Of a stretch of 64,000 bases of DNA, positions 18,133 to 26,035 are shown in pieces. Under the pieces are notes generated by a model. That model did no database searches. It was not told the origin of the DNA and worked only from the letters and a program-made list of their open reading frames with translations. Origin of the DNA: Verrucomicrobiia bacterium. GTDB taxonomy: Bacteria; Omnitrophota; Omnitrophia; Omnitrophales; Aquincolibacteriaceae. Both the position numbers and the translations under genes were made by a program. Within the stretch, counting starts at the first letter, position 1. Each line of letters begins with the position of its first letter. Location: NCBI GenBank assembly GCA_035495615.1, contig DATJFP010000041.1, positions 857-64,856 on the forward strand, given 5' to 3'.

Positions 18133-19167
18133 TTATTTATCTGGGCGATCATCAAAATAGCTTAAAATAACGCCCTCCAGCCACAAGTCCTGCCTCCAAG
18201 GCCATTTTCCACTCACAAATCCTAAATGACCTCCGCGGGAAACCAGGCAAAGCCGCAGGCTGGCATTGCTCTCGATCGCTTTCAAAGGCAGGTATCGTCC
18301 TTCGAAAAATGGATCGTCCGCAGCATGAATCAAAAGCGTGGGAACGCGAATCGAGTCCAGATAGCGGGCGGAGCTGGACTCCGTCCAATAATGCAGCGCG
18401 CTGTGGAAATGATTCAAGCGCGCGGTCACTTCTTCATCGAATTCGCGAAAAGTCGTGCATTTCAGGACTTTGGCAATATCGATGAGGCCCGGGAAATCTT
18501 TCTCCTTCTCCAGGGACTTGGCCTTGAGCGAACTCAAAAGGCTGCGCGTATAAACGCGGCGGTTGAAACCCTGGTCCATCAATTCCACGGATTTGACGAG
18601 GTCGTATGGTACGGAAACCGCGGCGGCTTTTTTAATTTGGCCGGCGGCGGAGGCTCCCTGCTCCCCCAGCCACTTCAAAACAATGTTGCCGCCGATGGAA
18701 TAGCCGGCGAGATAATAATTTTCCCAGGCGGTCTTTCGCAGGAGATGCTGGACCACCCAGTCGAGATCGTCAGTTTTTCCCGAGTGATACGTCGTGGGCA
18801 GCCGGTTGGGATTTTTTTCAGCGCCCCAATCGTTGAAAAGCCGGCGTCCTTTTCTTTTGACCGCGCTGCATCCCCGGAAATTGACTGCGGCGGCATGCCA
18901 GCCCCTCTTGTGAATCTCACTCAAGAGGCTCCGGACATACGGCGCTTCCGAAGAACCTTCAAGGCCGTGCAGCACGATGACTCCGGGCTTGTCACGCGCG
19001 CCCTCCAGGATTTCGATATCCAGAAAATCACCGTCCGGAGTTTCCAGGCGTTCGAGCGTGAGCTCAAGCGGCGGGGCGGGACGGAAAAAACGGGCGAAGA
19101 TCGTCTGCGCATGCGCGCCGGGGCACCACCATGCAGGCCGGAAAGGACGGGGCTCGAAGCCGGGCAT
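18133..19167 (-). CDS. alpha/beta hydrolase, YheT/ABHD-type
   Basis: PDGDFLDIEI...GVIVLHGLEGSSEAPY...GYSIGGNI matches the YheT-family esterase pattern. Confidence 0.8.
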   Translation of the reverse strand: MPGFEPRPFRPAWWCPGAHAQTIFARFFRPAPPLELTLERLETPDGDFLDIEILEGARDKPGVIVLHGLEGSSEAPYVRSLLSEIHKRGWHAAAVNFRGCSAVKRKGRRLFNDWGAEKNPNRLPTTYHSGKTDDLDWVVQHLLRKTAWENYYLAGYSIGGNIVLKWLGEQGASAAGQIKKAAAVSVPYDLVKSVELMDQGFNRRVYTRSLLSSLKAKSLEKEKDFPGLIDIAKVLKCTTFREFDEEVTARLNHFHSALHYWTESSSARYLDSIRVPTLLIHAADDPFFEGRYLPLKAIESNASLRLCLVSRGGHLGFVSGKWPWRQDLWLEGVILSYFDDRPDK

Positions 19168-19169
19168 TC

Positions 19170-20066
19170 TTAGAGAGGGGCGGAAGTTTCCGCGGCTTTG
19201 GGAGCGGGCGCGGACTCGATGGTGGACGCGTCCGCGGGTTTTGTTTCTACCGGCGGAACTCCAGGCACGGGCGCGGCGGCCGCGGGGGATGAAGGAGTCT
19301 CGGAAACATCGTAGGAATAATTCTGTTCGAATTCCAGTTTGCCTTCGTGGTCGTATTTTTTGCGGTTGACCCGGTTGCCATTGTCGTAGATGTCGATGTA
19401 CTGGATCTCGCCGTCCTCGTAATACGTGATGGCCGGGCCCTGCTTTTTCCCGTCTTTGATCTGCCAGCGCGTCTTGACCGCGCCATTGATATAATACGTT
19501 TCAACCTGCCCATTCTGGGTCCGGGCCAGCATCATTTCGGAATATTCTTTGCGCACGATGACAGGCATGTCGCGAAACGTGACGATGTCAAGCTTGGCTC
19601 CGTTGTCGCCGTCGCGGATGTAAACATCTTCCACGCGCGAGACAAGATCCTCGTATTCCGAAGGACTCAACGAAAGCGGTTTCAGCGCGCTGCGGACATT
19701 GAAATAGAACTGCTGGACCAGCTCGTTCTGTCTTCTCTCGATCTGCTTTTCCTTGACGTAGTCTCCGATGCTTTCGGTCACGGTCTTGGCAAAAGAGCCG
19801 GCCTTTTCCGCGGTTTTGATCAGCGAAAGAGCCAGCTTTTCATTAGCCGTGCTGTCATCGTAGGACAGAGGTGCTGAAGAACCCGCCTGCTGGGCCGTCG
19901 TAGCCGCAGCCGGGGAATCAAGGGCGGAATATTTCGAAGCCAGCGGATTTTGCTGCTGCGCATCGGGCTGGACCGCTTCGGCAACGCCTCGGGGCGGATG
20001 GCAAAACGCGATGAGGAAGACGACAAGAATCAGGAATTCATATTTTCTGCCGAAAGAGGCGCGCAT
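19170..20066 (-). CDS. secreted MORN-repeat (YwqK-like) protein
   Basis: Signal peptide plus repeated YY.NG...G..Y.DG. MORN-like units (TYYINGAVKTRWQIKDGKKQGPAITYYEDGEIQYIDIYDNG). The C-terminus is Pro/Ala rich. Confidence 0.6.
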   Translation of the reverse strand: MRASFGRKYEFLILVVFLIAFCHPPRGVAEAVQPDAQQQNPLASKYSALDSPAAATTAQQAGSSAPLSYDDSTANEKLALSLIKTAEKAGSFAKTVTESIGDYVKEKQIERRQNELVQQFYFNVRSALKPLSLSPSEYEDLVSRVEDVYIRDGDNGAKLDIVTFRDMPVIVRKEYSEMMLARTQNGQVETYYINGAVKTRWQIKDGKKQGPAITYYEDGEIQYIDIYDNGNRVNRKKYDHEGKLEFEQNYSYDVSETPSSPAAAAPVPGVPPVETKPADASTIESAPAPKAAETSAPL

Positions 20067-20157
20067 GGGAGCTCCAGAAAAAAAGTCGATAGAACACGTT
20101 TATTATCGGCAAAAAACAGGTAAGATTAACGCCGGTCCAGGAGGATTTTACAGCCCC

Positions 20158-20991
20158 ATGAAAAAAACAGTCCGCGTTTTCGCGGCGGCCTTTCTCTCTC
20201 TATCCATAATTGTGGCCATGCTTTGGCTTGGCCGCAGGCCTCTCCTGGAAACCCTGATCAATGCCTCGATGGCGGATTTTTTCAAAGGCTCGGTGCGCCT
20301 TTCTTCGGCGGAATTCGACTCGCATCTGCGCCTTTCCTTGAAAGGCATCAGCGGAAACTTCCAGGCCAAGTCCGGCATCGTGGCTTTGCAGTCGCGAGAA
20401 ATCAAGACTCTGGATTCCCTGCTGTACTTGCTCGCGGCAAAACCGGTCCGGTTTGTCATGGACGGCCTGCGGCCGCTGGCTTCGATGCAGGAAGGCATAC
20501 GGGCACGCGGCAGCTATCGCGCCGGCATCCACTGGCGCTTCGAGATGGAGGCGGACATTCTGGGCGTAGGGCTGCAAGACCTCGTGGCCCTCAGTCCGGA
20601 AAATCTCGCGGAGTCTACCGGAACGCTGCAGGGCACCCTGCATTTTGCGACCGACGCCCGGCAGGATCCCGCTTTCGGCCTTATCCTGCGGGCGCCGGAA
20701 CCCGGAGGCCGCGTCCACGCGCATTTTTTTGACATGCTGCTGCCCTACCTGCCGCAGGCCGCGGTGCAGGCCAAGGTCAAGGAGATCAGCGCGGGGGCGA
20801 CGCGCCTTGTATCGTACCGGGATGCGGACTTCCACATGAACCTCGAAACTCCCGACCACATGAAACTTTTTCTGCATATTCTCGTCCCTGAGTATAATAT
20901 GGACTTGAATATCAATATGCAGGTGCACGTCGATAAGAAGAACTCATTTTTTCAAATCGCCCAGATGCTCGGGCTTATCCAGGTTTCGTAA
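20158..20991 (+). CDS. membrane-anchored hypothetical protein; possible short YdbH-like protein by position
   Basis: N-terminal signal-anchor MKKTVRVFAAAFLSLSIIVAML. It lies immediately upstream of ynbE-ydbL, as ydbH does in E. coli. The family assignment is positional only. Confidence 0.4.
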   Translation: MKKTVRVFAAAFLSLSIIVAMLWLGRRPLLETLINASMADFFKGSVRLSSAEFDSHLRLSLKGISGNFQAKSGIVALQSREIKTLDSLLYLLAAKPVRFVMDGLRPLASMQEGIRARGSYRAGIHWRFEMEADILGVGLQDLVALSPENLAESTGTLQGTLHFATDARQDPAFGLILRAPEPGGRVHAHFFDMLLPYLPQAAVQAKVKEISAGATRLVSYRDADFHMNLETPDHMKLFLHILVPEYNMDLNINMQVHVDKKNSFFQIAQMLGLIQVS

Positions 20992-20993
20992 CG

Positions 20994-21176
20994 ATGAATA
21001 AACTGATTTCCGTCTTCGTCCTTGTGTTAGGGTTGGGGTTTGCGGCCGGCTGCACGGTGAAAGCCGTCGGGGATCCGAACCGCCCGATCACGATCAATGC
21101 CAACGTGGTGGTCGACATCCGCGGCCTGAAACAAACCGCCTCGGGCATTGAAGACATGGTTGCCAAAGGGAGATGA
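20994..21176 (+). CDS. ynbE: YnbE family lipoprotein
   Basis: 60 aa with lipobox FAAGC followed by PITINANVVVDIRG, resembling E. coli YnbE (LLAGCTP...PITINMNV...). Confidence 0.7.
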   Translation: MNKLISVFVLVLGLGFAAGCTVKAVGDPNRPITINANVVVDIRGLKQTASGIEDMVAKGR

Positions 21177-21181
21177 TCGCC

Positions 21182-21574
21182 ATGAAAAAGACCTTCTTCG
21201 TAGTCCTTTTTATTCTCGCGAGCATGGGCGCGGTGTGGGCGGCGCAGTACGACATCAAGCACATGACGCCCGAAATCCAACAGGCGCTGCAAAACCGGCA
21301 GAACCGTTACGAGGAATTGGGCCGCCTGAAAGCTTCCGGCGCCGTGGGCGAAAACACCAGCGGCTACGTGGATGCGCTGCAGGGCGGCGGGACTGACCTC
21401 GTTTCCGCGGAGAACGCCGACCGGCGCGTCATCTACAATGCCATCGTGGAACAAAACGGCCTCGGGCCCGGCGGACTTTCCCAGGTGGAAAAAGTCTTTG
21501 CCGAAGTACAGCGGGAAAAGGCCCAGCCCGGCGATCCCATCCAAGTTCCTTCCGGAGCCTGGACCAAGAAATAA
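21182..21574 (+). CDS. ydbL: YdbL family periplasmic protein (DUF1318)
   Basis: Signal peptide, about 130 aa, and position directly after ynbE match the conserved ydbH-ynbE-ydbL arrangement. Confidence 0.6.
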   Translation: MKKTFFVVLFILASMGAVWAAQYDIKHMTPEIQQALQNRQNRYEELGRLKASGAVGENTSGYVDALQGGGTDLVSAENADRRVIYNAIVEQNGLGPGGLSQVEKVFAEVQREKAQPGDPIQVPSGAWTKK

Positions 21575-21643
21575 CCTCCCTTCCCTCCGGCTTCCGCGGC
21601 AAGGTGTATAATACTGCCTTCCATTTTGAGAAGCGGGAGAGCC

Positions 21644-23014
21644 ATGTCTGTCCTCGAAGAAAAAAACGTCAGCCCGGAAAATCCTTACTATAGAAGCCTG
21701 GATGTTTCCTGGAAGGAAGGAATCCCCGCGGCCGTCATGATCGCGGTCACGGATTACTACCTCATCCCGCTGGGGCTTTTTCTAGGCGCCACCTCGCTGC
21801 AAGTCGGCTTACTCGTCGCCATCCCGCAGCTCCTCGGCTCCATCGCCATGCTGATGGCCGTGCGCGCCGTCAAAATGGTGGGCAGCCGGCTGGGTTTTCT
21901 GGTCCGCGCCACCGCGGCCCAGGCCGCGACGCTCGCCCCGCTCGCGCTGCTTCCGTTTTTCCATGTTCCTTACCGCGTGGAATTCATGATCCTGCTGACC
22001 GCGGCCTTCCGCATCCTCGGCAACTTGATCGGAACCGTCTGGGGCAGCCTAGCCAGTGACTACCTGCCCCCGGAAAAGCGCGGCAAATATTTCGGCTGGA
22101 GAAACCAGATCACGGGATTTGCAGGCGTCATGGGTGTCGTCTTCGGGGGGCTTCTTCTCTATAGCTTCAGGCACAACCACGTGCTTGGCTTCGGACTTCT
22201 TTTCGGCGTGACTTCCCTGGCGCGCTTCCTGTCCGCCTTTCTCATGTCCAAAATGCAGGACCCGCCGCTCAATGAAAGTCCGGAAAGCAACTTTTCGTTC
22301 TACCGCTTCATCGCGCAGTTCCGCAAAAGCAATTTCGTGAAGTTCGTGCTCTACGTCACGGCCATCACGTTTGCCACCAACCTGTCCGCTCCCTATTTCA
22401 ACGTTTACATGCTGCGCGATTTAAAGCTGAATTACTTTTTCTACATGGTCATCCATCTCTCGGCCGTGGTGGGAAGCCTGGTTTCATTTCCCGTGTGGGG
22501 CCGCCATGCGGACCATTTCGGCAATGCCAAGATCCTCAAAGTGACGAGCCTGCTCATTCCCGCGGTGCCGGCGCTCTGGCTCCTGCCGCCGAGCATCCCG
22601 GCGCTGATCCTGATCGAGATTTTCGCGGGGTTTGTATGGGGCGGGTTCAACCTCTGCGCGCTCAACTTCATTTACGACGCCGTGTCTCCGGAAAAACGCG
22701 TGCGCTGCCTCGGATATTTCAATCTCATCAACGGCGTCGGGATTTTCGCGGGCGCCACGCTCGGAGGCCTCATCGCGGAAAAACTGCCGGCCCTCATGGG
22801 CTACCGGCTTTTTTCGCTGTTCCTGATTTCCTCGATCCTGCGCATTTTTTCCCATTTCCTGCTCTCCAAGCAGTTCAAGGAAGTGCGCGCTTCGGCCAAA
22901 CAGATTTCGGGCAGTAAACTGCTTTTCAGCGTCGTCGGCATCCGTCCGCTGCTGGGCGGGACGCGCAACTGGAACCTTTTCTCTTTCATCAAACATTCGG
23001 CGTGGGAACAATAA
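21644..23014 (+). CDS. MFS transporter
   Basis: 12 TM helices and MFS-type loop motifs (e.g. GWRNQITGFAG). Start set at MSVLEE. Confidence 0.8.
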   Translation: MSVLEEKNVSPENPYYRSLDVSWKEGIPAAVMIAVTDYYLIPLGLFLGATSLQVGLLVAIPQLLGSIAMLMAVRAVKMVGSRLGFLVRATAAQAATLAPLALLPFFHVPYRVEFMILLTAAFRILGNLIGTVWGSLASDYLPPEKRGKYFGWRNQITGFAGVMGVVFGGLLLYSFRHNHVLGFGLLFGVTSLARFLSAFLMSKMQDPPLNESPESNFSFYRFIAQFRKSNFVKFVLYVTAITFATNLSAPYFNVYMLRDLKLNYFFYMVIHLSAVVGSLVSFPVWGRHADHFGNAKILKVTSLLIPAVPALWLLPPSIPALILIEIFAGFVWGGFNLCALNFIYDAVSPEKRVRCLGYFNLINGVGIFAGATLGGLIAEKLPALMGYRLFSLFLISSILRIFSHFLLSKQFKEVRASAKQISGSKLLFSVVGIRPLLGGTRNWNLFSFIKHSAWEQ

Positions 23015-23052
23015 AGTCTTGATTTGAGAACGCTCTTCTCTAAAATGCGTGC

Positions 23053-23460
23053 ATGGTCAACATCGATCTAACTTATGAAGGCGGGCTGCACTGCCGGCTG
23101 AAGCACGGTCCTTCCGGAATGGAAATCGTGACGGATGCGCCCAAGGACAACATGGGCAAGGGCGCGGCGTTTTCGCCGACGGACCTGACTACGGCTTCCC
23201 TGGGCGCCTGCATGATGACACTCATGGGAATTTACGCACAGCGCCACGGCATCGAGCTGGCGGGCACGAAAGCCCAGATCACCAAAGAAATGGCTTCGGA
23301 TCCGCGCCGCATCGCGCGCGTCACGGTCGTCTTTAAGATGGCCGCGGGCATTCCCGCGGACCAGCGCCCCATCCTGGAACGTGCCGCGCTCACCTGTCCC
23401 GTGCATAAAAGCCTGCATCCGGACATCGACAAGCCCGTCCGATTCGACTATCCCGATTAA
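23053..23460 (+). CDS. osmC: OsmC/Ohr family peroxiredoxin-like protein
   Basis: 135 aa with GLHCRLKHGPSGMEIVTDAPKD...FSPTDLTTASLGACMM...LTCPVHKSL, including the two conserved Cys. Confidence 0.85.
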   Translation: MVNIDLTYEGGLHCRLKHGPSGMEIVTDAPKDNMGKGAAFSPTDLTTASLGACMMTLMGIYAQRHGIELAGTKAQITKEMASDPRRIARVTVVFKMAAGIPADQRPILERAALTCPVHKSLHPDIDKPVRFDYPD

Positions 23461-24707
23461 TTCCGCTTCGCTCCGTATTTCCGCGCCAGGCCCTGCGCCA
23501 CGGCCACGCCGCTCGACCAAGCCCACTGGAAATTAAAGCCGCCGATACGCCCGTCTACGTCCAGGATCTCGCCTGCGAAAAAAAGCCCGGGCACGAGCCG
23601 GGATTCCAGCGTCTTGGAATCCACTTCGTCAAAGCCGACGCCGCCCGCCGTGACTTCCGCTTTTTTGTAACCCAGGGAACCGCTGACCCGAAGCGGCTGC
23701 GCGAGCAGCGCCGCGATCAGCTTGTCCCGATCCTCGCGTTTGGTCTGGCCGAGCGCGGCGTCTTCGGAAAAACGGTTTTTGCGCAGGAAGATTTCGACGA
23801 ACCTTTCGGGCAAGGCCTCGGAGAGAAAGTTTTTGACGCGCTTGGTGGGCGAGCGCTCGGCCGCGCGCACCCATTTGTCCCGGAGTTTCTCGCGGTCCAG
23901 AGACGGAAGAAAGTTCGCGCTCATCTCGGCCTTGGAATTGTCTTCCAGCCGGATCCAGTGACGGCTCATGTCGAGGACGACCGGACCGCTGAAGCCGAAA
24001 TGCGTGAAGAGAAAATCGCCTTCGTACTCGGCCAGGCTTTTGCCTTCGTGCCGCAGCTCCAGCCGGCAAGGCAGCGCCACTCCGGAAAGTTTTTTCCAAT
24101 CGGGATCGTCTGTCAGAAGCGGTGTGAGCGACGGCGTGGTCGCAACAAGACTATGCCCAAGCGATTGGGCCACCCCATAACCCGTTCCGTCGCTGCCTGT
24201 CGACGGAAACGAAAGCCCGCCCGTGCACAGCACCACGGCCTTGGCGGCGTATGAAAAACCTTCGCCCCTGATTTCAAAGCCCGCGGCGGTTTTGCTCACT
24301 GCTTTCACTTTCCGCGGCGTTTTGAGTTCGACGCCCTCTTCGCGCATTTTTCGGACCAGCGCGTCCAGCACGGTTTTCGCCTCGTGCGTGGCCGGGAAAT
24401 ATTTGCCGCCGGGTTCGAGCACGAGATCCACGCCCAGCGTTTTAAAAAATGCCGCGGCCTTGTCCGACGGAAAAGCGGCCAGGACGTTTTTGACCGCGCG
24501 CAGATTTCCGCCGTTAAAATCTTTTTCCGTGACCTTGTGATTGGTGACGTTGCAGCGCGTGCCGCCCGACATGAGGATTTTGGCGCCGATCACTTCGCGG
24601 CCATCGAGGAGAAGGACCTTCGGGAAAAAGGGCTTGGCGGCGATGGCCGTCATGAGGCCTGCGGCACCTGCGCCGATGATGGCGACGTCATAGACGGGAA
24701 CGGTCAT
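23457..24707 (-). CDS. NAD(P)/FAD-dependent oxidoreductase, HI0933/BaiN family
   Basis: YDVAIIGAGAAGLMTAIAA is a dinucleotide-binding GxGxxG. GGTRCNVTN and the C-terminal GEILDVDGRIGGFNFQWAWSSG are typical of this family. Confidence 0.8.
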   Translation of the reverse strand: MTVPVYDVAIIGAGAAGLMTAIAAKPFFPKVLLLDGREVIGAKILMSGGTRCNVTNHKVTEKDFNGGNLRAVKNVLAAFPSDKAAAFFKTLGVDLVLEPGGKYFPATHEAKTVLDALVRKMREEGVELKTPRKVKAVSKTAAGFEIRGEGFSYAAKAVVLCTGGLSFPSTGSDGTGYGVAQSLGHSLVATTPSLTPLLTDDPDWKKLSGVALPCRLELRHEGKSLAEYEGDFLFTHFGFSGPVVLDMSRHWIRLEDNSKAEMSANFLPSLDREKLRDKWVRAAERSPTKRVKNFLSEALPERFVEIFLRKNRFSEDAALGQTKREDRDKLIAALLAQPLRVSGSLGYKKAEVTAGGVGFDEVDSKTLESRLVPGLFFAGEILDVDGRIGGFNFQWAWSSGVAVAQGLARKYGAKRN

Positions 24708-25228
24708 TGTTTCTCGTTCAATTCATGCACGATGACTTCAGATTCGATCTTGGAGTCTTCGCGGTCGGACTTTTGCGCGTGAAGCGCGGCTTCGATCGTG
24801 CCTGTCGCCACGCCAACGCCGGCCACGCCGTATCCCAGGCCTCCGGCCCCCGCGCCAGCGCCTGCCGCGGCCGCGGGAGCAATCGGCGCGAGCGTGCCTG
24901 CCAGGACTCCAGCCGTTGCCAACCCGGCCGCGAAATAATAAACCTTCCGGCGGTCACTGTATGGCCCGTCGTAAGGAATCTCCCCCCTTTTAGCATTGGG
25001 ATCCAGCATACGGTAATCGGGCCGCGAAAACTTTGCCGGGCTGCCATGAAACGGAAAGCCTGCATTCGGGTTTCGCGCGTCCACGACGCTGACAAAAGAT
25101 TTCCCGGTTTTCGGATTCTCGCGCACAACAACGGTTGTGCCTGTTTTCGGGACAACTTCCGACTGTTCCGCGAAAACCGGGGCCTGGAAGGCCATGATTA
25201 AAATCAGCGGAAGAACGATTGTCTTCAT
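24704..25228 (-). CDS. secreted protein with a Gly/Ala-rich C-terminal segment
   Basis: Signal peptide MKTIVLPLILIMAFQAPVFA followed by an AAAGAGAGAGGLGYGVAGVGVATG low-complexity segment. Confidence 0.5.
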   Translation of the reverse strand: MKTIVLPLILIMAFQAPVFAEQSEVVPKTGTTVVVRENPKTGKSFVSVVDARNPNAGFPFHGSPAKFSRPDYRMLDPNAKRGEIPYDGPYSDRRKVYYFAAGLATAGVLAGTLAPIAPAAAAGAGAGAGGLGYGVAGVGVATGTIEAALHAQKSDREDSKIESEVIVHELNEKQ

Positions 25229-25908
25229 ACGCTCGTCTTTCCTTCATGCGCGTTCAAAAAGTCCTGGAGGTATTGGATCGTGACAATGACGTTGTTCTCC
25301 AGCGCCGCATTCAAATTGACTTCGGGGCCGCCTTTTTTGGCAAAGACTTTTTGCGCATCGCTCGAGCCTTTGGCCGTGAAACGCGAAACGAGATTCATGT
25401 TCGTATCGAAAATGCCGTCTTCGGTTTCGTAGACGACCGCCTGGCCTTTCATGGTTTTGTAATTATGAAATTTTCCCAGGTCCACGGCCACAAAGTAAGG
25501 GATCGCGTACTGCCGCAGGATTTCGGGCGTGGGCTCCACTTCCAGATAAATAAATTCTTCGAAGGCCTGCTGGAATCCTTCGACAAGGAGCGGCGTGAGC
25601 GCTTCGCCGATGTGATAATTCTGCGGATCGGAAAAACGAGTGCCCTTATCGGTGGAGATGTAATTCCGCAGGCGCGGGGTTATGTAGAGGCCGACGCGGA
25701 TTTTCGAAGGCGCGACCTGGGTGTAAAAATTCTGGGAGAGAAGGCCCGGGGCGTGGATGTCCCAGCCGAAAAGCCGCGCGCAGCCCGGCAGTAACAGGAG
25801 GCACAGCAAGGCTTTCCGTAAATGCCAAGCGGGGCCGCCGGCCCCTTGAGAAGCGGTTTCGATCACGTTTTCCCTGCTGCGGACGTTGTTAACATCGCTC
25901 ATAATCAC
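25225..25908 (-). CDS. hypothetical lipoprotein
   Basis: Lipobox-like LLLLPGC. The N-terminal extent is uncertain. No recognisable family. Confidence 0.45.
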   Translation of the reverse strand: MIMSDVNNVRSRENVIETASQGAGGPAWHLRKALLCLLLLPGCARLFGWDIHAPGLLSQNFYTQVAPSKIRVGLYITPRLRNYISTDKGTRFSDPQNYHIGEALTPLLVEGFQQAFEEFIYLEVEPTPEILRQYAIPYFVAVDLGKFHNYKTMKGQAVVYETEDGIFDTNMNLVSRFTAKGSSDAQKVFAKKGGPEVNLNAALENNVIVTIQYLQDFLNAHEGKTSV

Positions 25909-26035
25909 GATTTACGCCCGGCCGCGATTTGTATAGAATAGCACAGCTTTCCGGACTTGGAAGAAAAACAAGCCCCCCTGTTTGGCATCCGCGGTCAAGC
26001 TCCGAAGCACATTGGGATCTTCCCAAGGAAATCCT

